The notes beneath the pieces were generated by a model, which searched no databases, had not been told where the DNA came from, and saw only the letters and a list, made by a program, of their open reading frames with translations. Shown here one piece after another: positions 41,876 to 56,477 of a stretch of 64,000 nucleotides of DNA. The DNA is from Tubiluchus corallicola. Its lineage: Eukaryota; Animalia; Priapulida. The position numbers and the translations under genes are program-made. Position 1 is the stretch's first letter; each line of letters opens with the position of its first letter. The stretch covers positions 1-64,000 of the forward strand of contig JAQGDQ010000831.1 of NCBI GenBank assembly GCA_030141605.1, in the 5' to 3' direction.

Positions 41876-44800
41876 GAAATGAACATGGAAAAATGGCACA
41901 AGTAGATATGAACATGAAAAAATGGCACAAGTAGAAATGAACATGAAAAAATGGCACAGGTAGAAATGCACATGAAAAAATGGCACAGGTAGAAATGAAC
42001 ATGGAAAAATGACACAGGTAGAAATGAACATGGAAAAATGGCACAGGTAGAAATGCACATGAAAAAATGACACAGGTAGAAATGAACATGGAAAAATGAC
42101 ACAGGTAGAAATGAACATGGAAAAATGGCACACGTAGAAATGCACATGAAAAAATGACACAGGTAGAAATGAACATGGAAAAATGACACAGGTAGAAATG
42201 AACATGGAAAAATGGCACACGTAGAAATGCACATGAAAAAATGGCACAATAAGAAATGAACATGGAAAAATGGCACAAGTAGAAATGCACATGAAAAAAT
42301 GGCACAGGTAGAAATGAACATGAAAAAATGGCACAGGTAGAAATGAACATGAAAAAATGGCACAGGTAGAAATGAACATGAAAAAATGGCACAGGTAGAA
42401 ATGAACATGAAAAAATGGCACAGGTAGAAATGAACATGAAAAAATGACACAGGTAGAAATGAACATGGAAAAATGACACAGGTAGAAATGAACATGGAAA
42501 AATGGCACAGGTAGAAATGCACATGAAAAAATGACACAGGTAGAAATGAACATGGAAAAATGACACAGGTAGAAATGAACATGGAAAAATGGCACACGTA
42601 GAAATGCACATGAAAAAATGGCACAATAAGAAATGAACATGGAAAAATGGCACAAGTAGAAATGCACATGAAAAAATGGCACAGGTAGAAATGAACATGA
42701 AAAAATGGCACAGGTAGAAATGCACATGAAAAAATGGCACAGGTAGAAATGAACATGAAAAAATGGCACAGGTAGAAATGAACGTGAAAAAATGGCACAG
42801 GTAGAAATGAACATGGAAAAATGGCACAGGTAGAAATGAACATGAAAAAATGGCACAGGTAGAAATGCACATGAAAAATGGCACAAGTAGAAATGAACAT
42901 GAAAAATGGCACAGGTAGAAATGAACATGAAAAAATGGCACAGGTAGAAATTAACGTGAAAAAATGACACAGGTAGAAATGAACATGGAAAAATGACACA
43001 GGTAGAAATGAACATGAAAAAATGGCACAGGTAGAAATGCACATGAAAAATGGCACAAGTAGAAATGAACATGAAAAATGGCACAGGTAGAAATGAACAT
43101 GAAAAAATGGCACAGGTAGAAATTAACGTGAAAAAATGACACAGGTAGAAATGAACATGAAAAATGGTACAGGTAGAAATGAACGTGAAAAAATGGCACA
43201 GGTAGAAATGAACATGAAAAAATGGCACAGGTAGAAATTAACGTGAACAAATGACACAGGTAGAAATGAACGTGAAAAAATGACACAGGTAGAAATTAAC
43301 GTGAAAAAATGACACAAGTAGAAATTAACGTGAAAAAATGGCACAGGTAGAAATGAACGTGAAAAAATGGCACAGGTAGAAATAAACATGAAAAATGACA
43401 CAGGTAGAAATGAACATGAAAAAATGACGCAGGTAGAAATGAACATGGAAAAATGGCACAGGTAGAAATGAACGTGAAAAAATGACACAGGTAGAAATGA
43501 ACATGAAAAAATGGCACAGGTAGAAATGAACATGAAAAAATGACACAGGTAGAAATTAACATGAAAAAATGACACAGGTAGAAATGAACATGAAAAATGG
43601 CACAAGTAGAAATGAACATGAAAAAATGGCACAAGTAGAAATGAACATGAAAAAATGGCACAGGTAGAAATGAACATGAAAAATGGCACAGGTAGAAATG
43701 AACATGAAAAAATGACACAGGAAGAAAAGAACATGAAAAAATGACACAGGTAGAAATGAACATGGAAAAATGGCACAGGTAGAAATGAACATGAAAAAAT
43801 GGCACAGGTAGAAATGAACATGAAAAAATGGCACAGGTAGAAATGAACATGAAAAATGGCACAAGTAGAAATGAACATGAAAAAATGGCACAGTAGTGTG
43901 TGGCACAGGTAGAAATGAACATGAAAAATGGCACAGGTAGAAATGAACATGAAAAAATGACACAGGAGAAAGAACATGAAAAAATGACACAGGTAGAAAT
44001 GAACATGGAAAAATGACACAGGTAGAAATGAACATGAAAAAATGGCACAGGTAGAAATGAACATGAAAAAATGACACAGGTAGAAATTAACATGAAAAAA
44101 TGACACAGGTAGAAATGAACATGGAAAAATGGCACAGGTAGAAATTAACTTGAAAAAATGGCACAGGTAGAAATGAACGTGAAAAAATGACACGGGTAGA
44201 AATTAACTTGAAAAAATGACACAAGTAGAAATGAACGTGAAAAAATGGCACAGGTAGAAATGAACATGAAAAAATGACACAGGTAGAAATGAACATGAAA
44301 AAATGACACAGGTAGAAATTAACATGAAAAAATGACACAGGTAGAAATGAACATGGAAAAATGGCACAGGTAGAAATTAACGTGAAAAAATGGCACAGGT
44401 AGAAATGAACGTGAAAAAATGACACAGGTAGAAATTAACGTGAAAAAATGACACAAGTAGAAATGAACGAGAAAAAATGGCACAAGTAGAAATGAACATG
44501 AAAAAATGGCACAGGTAGAAATGAACATGAAAAAATGACACAGGTAGAAATGAACATGAAAAAATGGCACAGGTAGAAATGAACATGAAAAAATGACACA
44601 AGTAGAAATGAACATGAAAAATGGCACAGGTAGAAATGAACATGAAAAAATGGCACAGGTAGAAATGAACATGGAAAAATGGCACAATAAGAAATGGCAC
44701 AGAAAAAAATAACACGGTAAGAAATGGCACAGAAAAAAGTATCAGAAATGGAAAAATAGATAAAAATTGCACAGGCAAAAATGACCAGCAAAAAATGGCA

Positions 44801-44890
44801 GAGGGAAAATGGCAAAAGTAAAAATAGCACACGCAGACATAGGTAAAAATGGCACGGGTAGGAACGGCACAGGAAAAATGGCACAAATGG
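41876..44890. repeat. 29 bp satellite, roughly 95-100 units, with a degenerate right flank
   Basis: Unit GAACATGAAAAAATGGCACAGGTAGAAAT; it accounts for all the FHVHFYLCH-type ORFs. Confidence 0.97.
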
Positions 44891-45148
44891 AGAAGTAGAA
44901 AAAATAGTAATTATATTATTTTTATAAAATTGATTTTAATAATACAGCTAGAATGCGCTTAGAAGGAAGCTTGACAAAAGTTGAACAATCCAAAACCTGT
45001 TCGTTTGATACGTTTGAAAAAAAACAAAACACAAGATCAAAAAAACTAGCAAAAATGTAAATGTATTGGTGCCATACAGACTAGCAAAAGATATTTTGTT
45101 CGTTGAATAGAACTGTAATCAGTAAATCACGAATATTGCTACATAGTG

Positions 45149-45639
45149 CAGGGGTGTGCAAATTGCGGCCTGGGGCCACTTGTGGCCCACCGAGAGAATT
45201 TGTGCGCCCCGCGAAGAGATTTGTCAACCTAATGAAAGTGCGGCCCGGGCGATTAATTGAGTGTATCCAGCTGAAGTCCGTGCCACCATCCCAAAGATAG
45301 TGCGGGTAGTTTTTTCTACTAGATCGGATGCCATTAACCCTTAGAAGACGGTTGTAGCTTAATGTCACTGTACTACACAGACTGTGTGATACACATTACT
45401 AATATGCATTGTAATGAAATTACCACTATCTGTCCTGAAACTAGAAATATATGGTTTGTAATATAACTTCTAAAATAGTTTCTTGAGTGTAGTAGTAATG
45501 ATGTACGCAGGTCGGATGCAAAAAAAAATCATTATTAGGCCCTACTGTACTTGGCTCCTTGACCAAACTGCCTGTGGCCCGCAGGAATTGCGGGAAAGTT
45601 TAATGTGGCCCGGCTAGTCATATAATTTGCACACCCTTG
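45149..45639 (-). mobile_element. hAT MITE, family A
   Basis: Same sequence in inverted orientation; perfect TSD ACATAGTG. Confidence 0.92.
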
Positions 45640-47280
45640 ACATAGTGTTTTTAATTTTGACGATAGTAATAGACTGACATATATACATACCAAGTCAGCT
45701 TATAAGACTATATATATTATTAAGCAAACGTTACAGACAGCGTTAAGCGGTTTTCAAAACGAGATTTTCTCGGAATGGAACTTAAAACTAACTCGTGATT
45801 ATTTGTCCTGGTGGAAATAATAAGAAATACTAAACACTCCCTCTTAGACCTCCACGAAGTGCTTCACGGAAGTTTTTTGCACGTGGTGTTCGGTCAAATT
45901 TGGCGAAAAAAACGGGGGCGGGGACGCCCTATAGGCGCTTTCTTCACAAAGCATCGTGGAACTCTGTTAAGTAGTTTTTGCGTGACAAGCTTACTGATAT
46001 AACAGACAATTTGAATGCCTTGAGTTATTCACGTTTGATTTGCTTTACTTGCTTCAAAAATCACGCTTCTTCGCAAAGTGAAAACTTACAATACTGTGCT
46101 GCCACCTATCGCACAAATTTTCTGCTTTCTAGGCAGCTATGCTAATTTTATGGTGCTCATAATTACACATAACCATAGCTGTAACTGAATGCTAATACCT
46201 AAACAAGTAAAAAGCACGAAAATTAATAGATCTGTAACTTTTTCGACATTTTTCAAAAATTCCCATTGCAAATTTTGGCAACTTGTACTAAATGTACCAA
46301 TTTAAGTAAAAATACTATGTTTGGTCAATCAGATTTTCTACAAGAACTTTTGCGTTCTTTACTTTCTAATTTCTAAATTACAATTTTGCATTCACTGGAT
46401 ATAGTCCAAGTAGTATCACTGAAAAAAGCCATTCTATCGAACTATTAAACTTGCGGAATATACCATAACTTCGTTTTTTCAAACCTATGGATATGTTTTC
46501 CAAATTTTGTACGGCGCCAGATTTTAGGGACTCGCTGTTAAAAAAAATTATTCTCCTCCGAAAATGCATATCCTTTCATATTCATACAATGCGTGTATTT
46601 TATACCGCACCACAAGCAGTTACAGGCCTTCCTGTTATATAAGTACCATACAACAAGCAAGCAAAGATAATGCATTGATCTAATAAGCCACAAGCAGTTG
46701 CGCAGTCTGCTTGTATATAAGAACTAAACGTATGTAAATAACGATGACCACATAGTTACTAGGTAATTATCAGCTTGGGGCGTAGTGTCTTAAAACGCTG
46801 ATGTTCAAACCCGGAAGTTTCAGATTCCGGATGGCAATGATGGAGCAAAACCATCTAATCTTGCATTCAAAATCAACAAATCGCTCAAATATTGACCTTG
46901 TGTTCGGAGTCTAAACTAGTGACACCTATAGCTGAATAGCACACAGATGTCAAGCACAAAGCTATAGTTATATGTAGCTAGGTAAACTACTACAACTACT
47001 GCTGCTGCTACCACTACTACTACTACTACTACTACTTTGTTTTTAAATCATAAAGTTGTAATGCTATTTTTGAAACGTTGAGCATTTATAATGCTACGTA
47101 GCACTTTATTTCACTGATTCAGCTTAAAGCGACGTCTTTATCACTTTTTCTTCTCTCTTCTTTATTTTTATACATTTATTTATTTGTGCTTGCAAATTGG
47201 ATAATGCTCAAAATTGCTCATGTTATGTGTTGGACCTACACAGACAGTTTGTTGTCCCGCCATTTTTATTGGGCAATAAA

Positions 47281-47562
<282 letters not shown>

Positions 47563-48095
47563 GACACTCCCCCTGACACTAAAGTTACAGTGAAAAATGA
47601 CAAGTTATACTTTTAGTAGCTTGTGTGGTCAAATGAAAAGCCTTAAACTGAATGATGAAGATATTAGCTTATCTTGCGAGTAATAATATGACCTAGCGAG
47701 CTTTGACCATGGTATGGCCAGTATGGGTAATGACCATGGTCCAATAAAATAGCGAAGTAGATTGGTTATACATAATGTAGCGGCTACAGCAAGTTCTAAA
47801 CCAACATTTTCGATCTACGTAACAATGGAATTCAAGACAAAGAAAATATAGAATTCTAACTTGAATTCCAATCTGCCACGTGCTGCTAAAACAGATACAG
47901 CCAGTCGCATCTATAATTTCACAGCATGCAAGGTCAGAGTTAGACAGCGGTGTGTTAGTCGAGAATCTCATGTAGGCCTATTTTATGCTCACGAATAGGT
48001 CAAAGGTATGTAGTTTTTTACTGTAACAGCTACTTGGCGTAAGGAAAAATCAAACAAAGTATGAATTAAAGTGTGAAACTAAATGAAAATCTTTA

Positions 48096-50076
48096 CGGCG
48101 CGTTCAGACTAGCGAATCTTCTCTCTCAAAATGAAAGCAGTAAGCAAAACACAATTGAAGATGAATTAACATTTCATATTAAATTTTACTTGTCCAACCC
48201 ATGAAGCAATAAGAGAAAAATATGAAGACAGACTCCACAATTTTACCTTTTTAAAAAAAAACCAGCTTACCCTGGTTATTCAATTCCGAGAACAAAATTG
48301 ACCTAAATACCTTTGTGCAGTTTATCACTGAATGTATCCTGGCAAGATTGTCTAAAACACGAATAATAGTACAAAAGTAATAATGTGGCAATCCTGGCTA
48401 TACAAAAATATTGTAATTAGAATATATTTGAGCACTAGTATTATATATATATATATATATATATATAACCCATTATAGTCAGGGCCTATTTCAGCCTAAG
48501 CAAGTACCGGGGAAGTAGGGCGTGTTAGGCCCCCTGGGGGGGGGGGGGGGTGACGCCGCCCAAATTTTTGAACTGCTAGAACGCCGGAGAAACATTTTCG
48601 AAGAGAAAATATGGAGTTATACAGTTGTTAAAGGAAAGAACAATTGAAAGAAAAACTGCTCTATTCTCAAGACCAGTCCTTAATACTTGTCAAATAGTTA
48701 AATCAAAAACAACATCTTTGCAATATGTAATACCGTACTCTCACTTCCGTACTGTATAATTATATTACTCTACACTAGGTGAAAAAACAGAATTCCTATT
48801 TCTTTTGTGAAAGTATTATTATACATAACAAATATTTCTGTAAAAGTAAAAACATTCAGTTCAATACTCGTCTTTAGCAAGTTAAAAAAGCTAGTGAAGT
48901 CTTATGGGTATTTAATTAATAACAGCAGATATGATACCATTATTACGTATCGTCCTGTTGGTTGGCTTTGTCATTATCATCTATGCCATCATTGGTCTGA
49001 AGCTTTTCTCAGGGAAACTACAAAATGGGCAAACATTATTACAGTATCTTAATAATGGTATCATGGCGCCAGTGAGCCGGTGATTTAAAGCAAAAATGGA
49101 CCCAATCTTAAACTGTAGGTCAATACAATCTACTTTTTTAAAATATTGAAAGGAAACATGCTATTTCTTCAAAAATGACTTACGTGAAAGAATTATTGTC
49201 ACACAAACACATAATGTTCTTTTTGTACTTGCCAATGTATGTAATGCATATTTGTGCAATAAATCGAATTGAATTGACAGCAATTTTACTCGCAAGTGTG
49301 AACTTGCTTAAATGTATAATATTAATCTGTAGTTCTACTGGTATATAATGTTCTTTTTGTACTTGTCGATGTATGTAATGCATATTTGTGCAATAAATCG
49401 AATTGAATTGACAGCAATTTTACTCACAAGTGTGAACTTGCTTAAATGTATAATATTAATCTGTAGTTCTACTGGTATATAATGTTCTTTTTGTACTTGT
49501 CGATGTATGTAATGCATATTTGTGCAATAAATCGAATTGAATTGACATCAATTTTACTCGCAAGTGTGAACTTGCTTAAATGTATGATATTAATCTGTAG
49601 TTCTACTTGTATATAATGTTCTTTTTGTACTTGCCAATGTATGTAATGCATATTTGTGCAATAAATCGAATTGGATTGACAGCAATTTTACTCGCAAGTG
49701 TGAACTTGCTTATATGTATGATAGTAATCTGTAGTTCTACTGGTATATAATGTTCTTTTTGTACTTGTCGATGTATGTAATGCATATTTGTGCAATAAAT
49801 CGAATTGAATTGACATCAATTTTACTCGCAAGTGTGAACTTGCTTAAATGTATAATAGTAATCTGTAGTTCTACTGGTATATAATGTTCTTTTTGTACTT
49901 GTCGATGTATGTAATGCATATTTGTGCAGAAAATCGAATTGAATTGACAGCAATTTTACTCACAAGTGTGAACTTGCTTTGCGAGTTGCTGTCGACAAAA
50001 AATTGCAAATCTCTGACACTAACTGAGCATGCGTGTGAGTTAATTTGGCGGGAAATTTGCTAGTCTGAAAGTGCCG
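48096..50076. mobile_element. Possible Harbinger-like non-autonomous element with nested repeats
   Basis: Inverted termini CGGCGCGTTCAGACTAGC...GCTAGTCTGAAAGTGCCG, flanked by TTA/TTG. It encloses a family B end (48480-48692), a family C start and the 134 bp array. Confidence 0.5.
49211..49978. repeat. 134 bp tandem array (~5.7 units)
   Basis: Similar ORFs recur at 49335, 49469, 49603 and 49737 (134 bp period). Confidence 0.93.
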
Positions 50077-50524
50077 TTGATGCTTTGTGGGATATTCTTT
50101 TTATGCCATTATCTAAACTCATAGTAATTACGTAGATCAAATAATAAAAAAATCAGTTATTGGTTATATAATTGCTTAAACATATTCTACCTACATACTT
50201 CATGATGTGTATAGCAAAAGTAAAATAAATAGCATGCAGTGACAGCAGATAGGCATACATGTAGAATGCAGACACAGCAGAAATTACTGGAAATGTTTTT
50301 AAATCGTAAAGTTGTAATGCTATTTTTGAAACGTTGAGCATTTATAATGTTACGTAGCACTTTATTTCACTGATTCAGCTTAAAGTGACATCTTTATTAT
50401 TTTTCCTTCTCTCTTCTTTATTTTTATATATTTATTTCATTTCTGCTTGCAAATTGGATAATGCTCAAAATTGCTCGTGTTGGACCAACATAGACAGTTA
50501 TCCTGCCATTTTATTGGTCAATAA

Positions 50525-50678
<154 letters not shown>

Positions 50679-50682
50679 ATAT

Positions 50683-50814
<132 letters not shown>

Positions 50815-51316
50815 CACTACTACTTCCACTACTACTACTAATACCACTACTACTAATTCTACTAGTTACTATCTGCTATGAAAAAAATATTATTTCCTTG
50901 AATATTTTTCTCAATCCGAGTTAAGCCTGTGCTTTAGAACATTCGTAACATATTAATCACGACGTCTTAGCACTTACGATTTCTAAAAGCTAGTTTATTT
51001 ATACATTTTTTTATCTAAGCGTTCGTACGAAAGGGGAACCTAATTATGTATATCAGTTTGCAACGCGTGCCAGGTGAACTAGTCCTGGTGGTCGTGTCAC
51101 TTGCTCTTGCAGCAAACATACAAACGTGACACCAAATCATCTCAATCAATAGTGAATATCGTGTCAGGAGGTCTCATTTTTATTACTTAAGGAGTGGTGA
51201 AGTAGGGGAGATTTACTAATGTACACAAACATTTCATACAAAACAGGTTTACAGCGGAGAGCTTAATCAAACAGTTTCCGTCTATAACAACTCACAGAAA
51301 GGCTATTGTGTAAGCC

Positions 51317-52138
51317 ATGGCATTAGAGTATAACTTGCAATACTCCACTGTGTTCGAGTTCGAAAGAGTGCGCAGTTATGAAAGATGGGGTGCAGGAAAA
51401 GGGTGGATGGGACAATATGTCCACTGGTCAGTGTACCTTTCCATGGGCTACGTATTATGCATATTTGGAATCCAGCGTTTCATGGAGCATCGACCAGCGT
51501 ACAAATTGCAAATCTTGCTGATTTTATGGAATTCGCTTCTGGCAGTGTTCAGTGTATTTGGTGCCGTCAGAAGTGGGACAGAGCTGCTGTACGTACTGCA
51601 GACGTTCGGCGTCACACGCTCAATATGTAGCCAAAATTATCTTTACCACGGAGTCATCGAATTTTGGTCTTTCGCTTTTACGTTTTCAAAAGCGCTAGAA
51701 TTGATTGACACCGTCTTCGTGGTGCTACGGAAGGGGCGTCTGATCTTTCTCCATTGGTACCATCACATCACCGTGCTCATGTTCACCTGGTATGCCTACA
51801 TAAACTGCATTGGTGCCTGCAGATGGTTCATGGTGATGAACTTTACCGTTCATGCACTGATGTACGGTTACTACGGTCTGCGTGCGGCCAAGGTGTACGT
51901 TCCAAAGCCAGTAAGCATGGTCATAACCACAATGCAGATACTGCAGATGGTGACAGGCATGACTGTCGCTGTCGCCGAGCTATACCTTCTGCACAGTGGA
52001 CAGTGTCCGAAGTCCAGTAAGAGCACATTGTATTTCGCCATAGCAATGTACTTAAGTTATTTGGTTTTGTTTGTGAACTTTTTCTACCAAAACTATCTCT
52101 CGCCATCTCAGAGTAAAGTAAAACAGAAGGAAGTTTGA
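51317..52138 (+). CDS. ELOVL6: Very-long-chain fatty acid elongase, ELOVL6/ELOVL3 type; intronless
   Basis: 273 aa multi-pass hydrophobic ORF with SKALELIDTVFVVLRK, LIFLHWYHH, MNFTVHALMYGYY, ITTMQILQM and MYLSYLVLF. It has a Kozak-like GCCATGG, a lysine-rich C-terminus and AATAAA about 22 nt after the stop. Confidence 0.95.
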   Translation: MALEYNLQYSTVFEFERVRSYERWGAGKGWMGQYVHWSVYLSMGYVLCIFGIQRFMEHRPAYKLQILLILWNSLLAVFSVFGAVRSGTELLYVLQTFGVTRSICSQNYLYHGVIEFWSFAFTFSKALELIDTVFVVLRKGRLIFLHWYHHITVLMFTWYAYINCIGACRWFMVMNFTVHALMYGYYGLRAAKVYVPKPVSMVITTMQILQMVTGMTVAVAELYLLHSGQCPKSSKSTLYFAIAMYLSYLVLFVNFFYQNYLSPSQSKVKQKEV

Positions 52139-54239
52139 AAGGCTTTTATTTACAAATTAAATAAAAATAATACATTTTTAAATGTACTTACTAAAAAATG
52201 TGTTTTTCTCGAATGTGACACTCAGCGATTTGCATTTTGTTGTTATAAACTTATTGTAAACAGATTTTAAAATACATTGTAACAGGACGATGATAAATAT
52301 TGTGTGTCTACCTTAATTTATTGTAATTTGTTAATACATGTATTGTTTTAGATTAATAACTACTCTTCAATAAACTTTTACATTAGTACTATTGTGCAGT
52401 CGGTAATTGTGTGGTTGACATTAGCGTGTAGTGCTTCTGTGTAGAGATTCAGTAGGGTTAGTATTTTAGCAACATAGTAAATGTAGCCTATATTTTGAGT
52501 AAAACTGTGTATGATTGTTGACTGAAAACCAACGACTGATTGATCTTTGTATTATTTGAAAAAATACATCGCTCTTTCTATAGTAACTTTTACGGAATGA
52601 ATAAACGGGTTTGAGACATAGACATAGACATTTTATTTTTCTGCAATTTGTGTCACAAATGTTCGTTTTACAAAAAATAACTTTGTCTGTGGAGATGGGG
52701 GCGAGGAAAGACCGTAGGTCATCTACTCACTCACCCCTTATAATTTAATGTTGATGACAGAAAAAGAATTGATGACACAGGATGCAAATAAACTAACAAA
52801 ATAAAGCAATAACATAAGCAGAATTATAAAAGCAAACATAACAACAATCGCATAAGTGAAAAAAATAATAAACAAACAGTGGTAAAAATAAAATGATGAT
52901 GAAATTAATCACAATGTCGTAATTTATGTATGGAGTCACGTGACTTTCAGTGTAAAAGCATGCATTTATTTAAATACGTTTTGCAGTCCTACTGCTGTAA
53001 CCTTTTGCGTTTGTTTGATTGTCTTAAAAATGCCATAAAACATACACTTGTGTAACTAAATCAGTGCCTAGCAAGAGTAAATATTTACAGCAGTACAGAT
53101 ACGTTTACTAAGTCAATACAAAATCCTCTCGAAAAAGTGATTCGCTGGTACAGAATACACGTAAGAAAAATCCAGAATGCAGGTAAGAAAAATGAAATGT
53201 TAGCCTGCAAGATCAAGCATGATAACATAATCGAACACATTAGAGGTATAGGGATTTTTACTTAGATTTTTAGATTTAATGGATTTATTTCGCAATAAAC
53301 ATATACATTACATGTTCATCGCTAATCAGTTTTTGTTAACACAAAATTATGATATAATTCATGAATTCTGCGCTAGAGACCTAAGAAGCTAGCTTATGGT
53401 AGGTCACTAGAATTAGTTACGAAAAAAATTACAATATATATATTTGTAATTAAAGACAAAAATAACCAGTTTCAGCCAACAGTTGAAGCAATAAAACGCA
53501 TTGAAACTTGACCTACTGTCAGTTTCACAATGATGGGATAAATATTTAATAAATTCCACACCTTTCTATGACGTTGTGGATTAAAAATCCTAAGATGGCG
53601 AGCAAATCGGAAATAAAAATGAAAACCGTCATTTATACTGTAAAATTTATACTCTGTCCGCTAGACTCCCAAAACGTGGTCAATGGTGCCATTAGTAAGG
53701 CAAATTCTCACAAGCATTTTCATAAAGTCATGTGCTTCTGGGTGTCAGACATGGCTGGTGAACGCCAGGGCCGGTGTTAGAAAATGGAGGGCCCAATTAG
53801 AAAATTGTTTGTGGCGCCCTCTGCCCTACAAAAGCTGAAGATTGGTGTTTTATGCTTCCCGGAAATATTCAAATAAGTAAATAGAACCTGTTAAAATATG
53901 CTAAATGTCAAATAATTATGCTCCTGAACCCAAGCCAAATAAGGGAAACTTAAGGAGTGGTGTCACGTGACGACGTGGGCAAAGAGTTAACCCGCTTGTC
54001 AGACTGCGCTCGCAGCTCATATATAGGTCTTCACACTTACACGCAGGACGTCTCTTGTAGATCAGGGGCCTTGGCATTGCTATCCATTTATTATATTTAT
54101 TGTGATGTTATTTAATAAATGTGTTATTTCGCAAACAAAGTCTTGATAGCTTTGCCATTACTCAAACGTTCATAAACAGCTACACACAGCTCACACACGC
54201 ACTACCACTATACCACAGACTTTATAATTTTACTAAATA

Positions 54240-54385
54240 TCTCAGCCAGGAATAAGCAAGAACAAGAAGTATATTCGTAGCTTTAATTCTAAATGGTTCT
54301 AACGGAAATGTTGGCCTTGCGGCTGTGAAGTAAAAAAATGCACTGTTTTGCTTTCCCATGTTTGCTGTTTGGAGGTAATGTAACG
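54240..54385 (+). pseudogene. Decayed hAT transposase N-terminal (TTF zinc-finger-like) fragment
   Basis: KYIRSFNSKWF*RKCWPCGCEVK / NALFCFP / CLLFGG, with a stop and frameshifts. A hAT-like end, CAGGGCCGG, lies at ~53766. Confidence 0.55.
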
Positions 54386-54422
54386 TTTCTGAATGTAATT
54401 TTCTGAAGCATCACTCCCAGTA

Positions 54423-55034
54423 GCGAGACATGGGCTACCTACACAAGACAGGAGACCAGACTCAACTCCTACCACATGAGGTGCCTGCGTCGGCTACTTG
54501 ACATTAGGTGGGAAGACAGAATTTCCAACCGCGAGGTCCTCAGCAAGGCCAAGACAACATCAATCTTTGCTATGCTGAGTCAGAGGCGTCAACGCTGGCT
54601 AGGTCATGTCAGACGCATGGACAAGGGTCGTCTTCCAAAGGACATGCTGTACGGCCAACTCGAGGAAGGCACGCGTCCGACCGGTCGGCGTCGCCTGAGG
54701 TTCTCTGATGACTGCAAAAGAGACCTCAAAGGCACTCACATAGACGTCAGTTCATGGGAAACCAAGGCAGATGACCGGCCAGCTTGGAGACAAGCAGTCA
54801 GCGAGGGCATTAAGAAGGCTGAGGAGGACAGACATGAGAGACAACGTCAAATGAGACTGGGAAGTAAAGCATCAATTAGTTCTCTCAATGACCCCGTTTT
54901 CACCTGTGGGGACTGCGGCAGAGACTGCCATTCCAGGATCGGGCTCTACAGCCACAGCAGACGCTGCTCCAGCTCCACTTTATGGCGCAACGCATCGTCT
55001 TCATAGACGGACGGAGGCCGATAAACGATGATAA
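54423..55034 (+). mobile_element. 5'-truncated RTE (BovB-like) LINE
   Basis: ETWATY...HMRCLRRLLDIRWED..SNREVL...WLGHVRRM...LYGQL...DR.AW...C..C.R.C.SRIGLYSH; TSD ACTCCCAGTA at 54413-54422 and 55035-55044. Confidence 0.93.
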
Positions 55035-56430
55035 ACTCCCAGTAATTTTAACTGAACGCACCTTTGTGGATGATACTGGCCCATTTCTTCACGCTCGGAA
55101 AACTGTTTGTACAAATTTGTGCATTGCAAGAATGAAGCGAAATAATGCTGTGACCATGTAAGTTTTAAGAGTTAACTTTGTCTAGTACTAAACTGGGCAC
55201 CATTGTGATAATCTGAATAGCAGTAGAAAGAACTGTGAATAGTTTTTACGGCGCACTACCCTAAAAAGAGTTCCGTTTTACAATAGCCAAAAAGATTAGT
55301 AATGACATGGCTGCTAAAGCTATGGAATGATTAGGCCTGGTTGAGCGAGTAATGGTCAAAATTAAATGCGACGAAAAGTGTCATGTAGTATGTCAATTCA
55401 TTTCAATTCAGTTTTATTTGCACAAATACATACAATGTACATTGGCAAAGCAATACATGTTAAATACTACATAAACCAGCTGTGTGCAAAGTTATTTTCA
55501 TAAACAAATATTAAGATATGGTATTATCATACTAAAATCATAGTTACATAAAAATTGTATAATTTAGCAATGGAAAAAGAAAAATGACTTAAAAGCAGTA
55601 GATATCTGTATCAGCTTTTTAAATGAAGATTAAAAAAAATAACATAATGAGAGTTGGAAATAATTTAGCTAAAGTCTGCTGCCAAAGTGCTGATTTCGTC
55701 TTCCCTAGGAATCCGAGTTGTTGCCAAAAGTTTCTTTTATTGATGTCGTAGATGTATAGATAGATGAACTGATGTGGACTACGATGACTTATGACATTTA
55801 GGCAGGTAAAGAATTCAGTTACGATCTGAGCAGACTTAAAAGGAAATTTTTCTGTAAAGTAAATAACATACTGTGCACGAAGGGGAATGGTTGATAAGAA
55901 ATGACTACTTTGTATCTGAGGAAGACTGCTTACCAAACTTTAACATGTGCCACAAGAGTTGGGTGAGTAAAGCATGTGTTGCATGGAATAAAATTTACAT
56001 GAAGATTTTCCACTATTAACAAAATGAAAGTGTAAACATTTTTGCAATATTATTGCAACTCCATCAGAGACACTCATAAAAAAATCTTTCTTTTTGTGGA
56101 ACATCAATGGCGCTACCAAGCCTTTCCATTGCCAGATTTTTACGCGAGTTTTATTAGACTGGACAGAGTATACCGAGAAAATATAGCCTACCCACTTAAT
56201 CTTACAGATTATTATATGAAAACTACTGCCGAGAATTGACCTCTTCGCTCAGTACTAAGAGAAATTTCGTAGAAAAAAATTGACACTGAAATTCGGTACA
56301 CTTATAGATCATGTTATTACCTGGCGTTATGTGTGCATTTTTCATATTATCTTGTAAACGTAGCGTGATATATGATTCATACTTGTATGCTGTACCGATC
56401 TACGATGCGAAATAAACTATTCTCTTCTTC

Positions 56431-56477
<47 letters not shown>

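Noticed and set aside
41876-44690. CRISPR-like array, or long Cys/His/Phe-rich ORFs
   Set aside because: Head-to-tail 29-mers with no unique spacers and no cas genes. The ORFs in all three minus frames are artefacts of a stop-free repeat.
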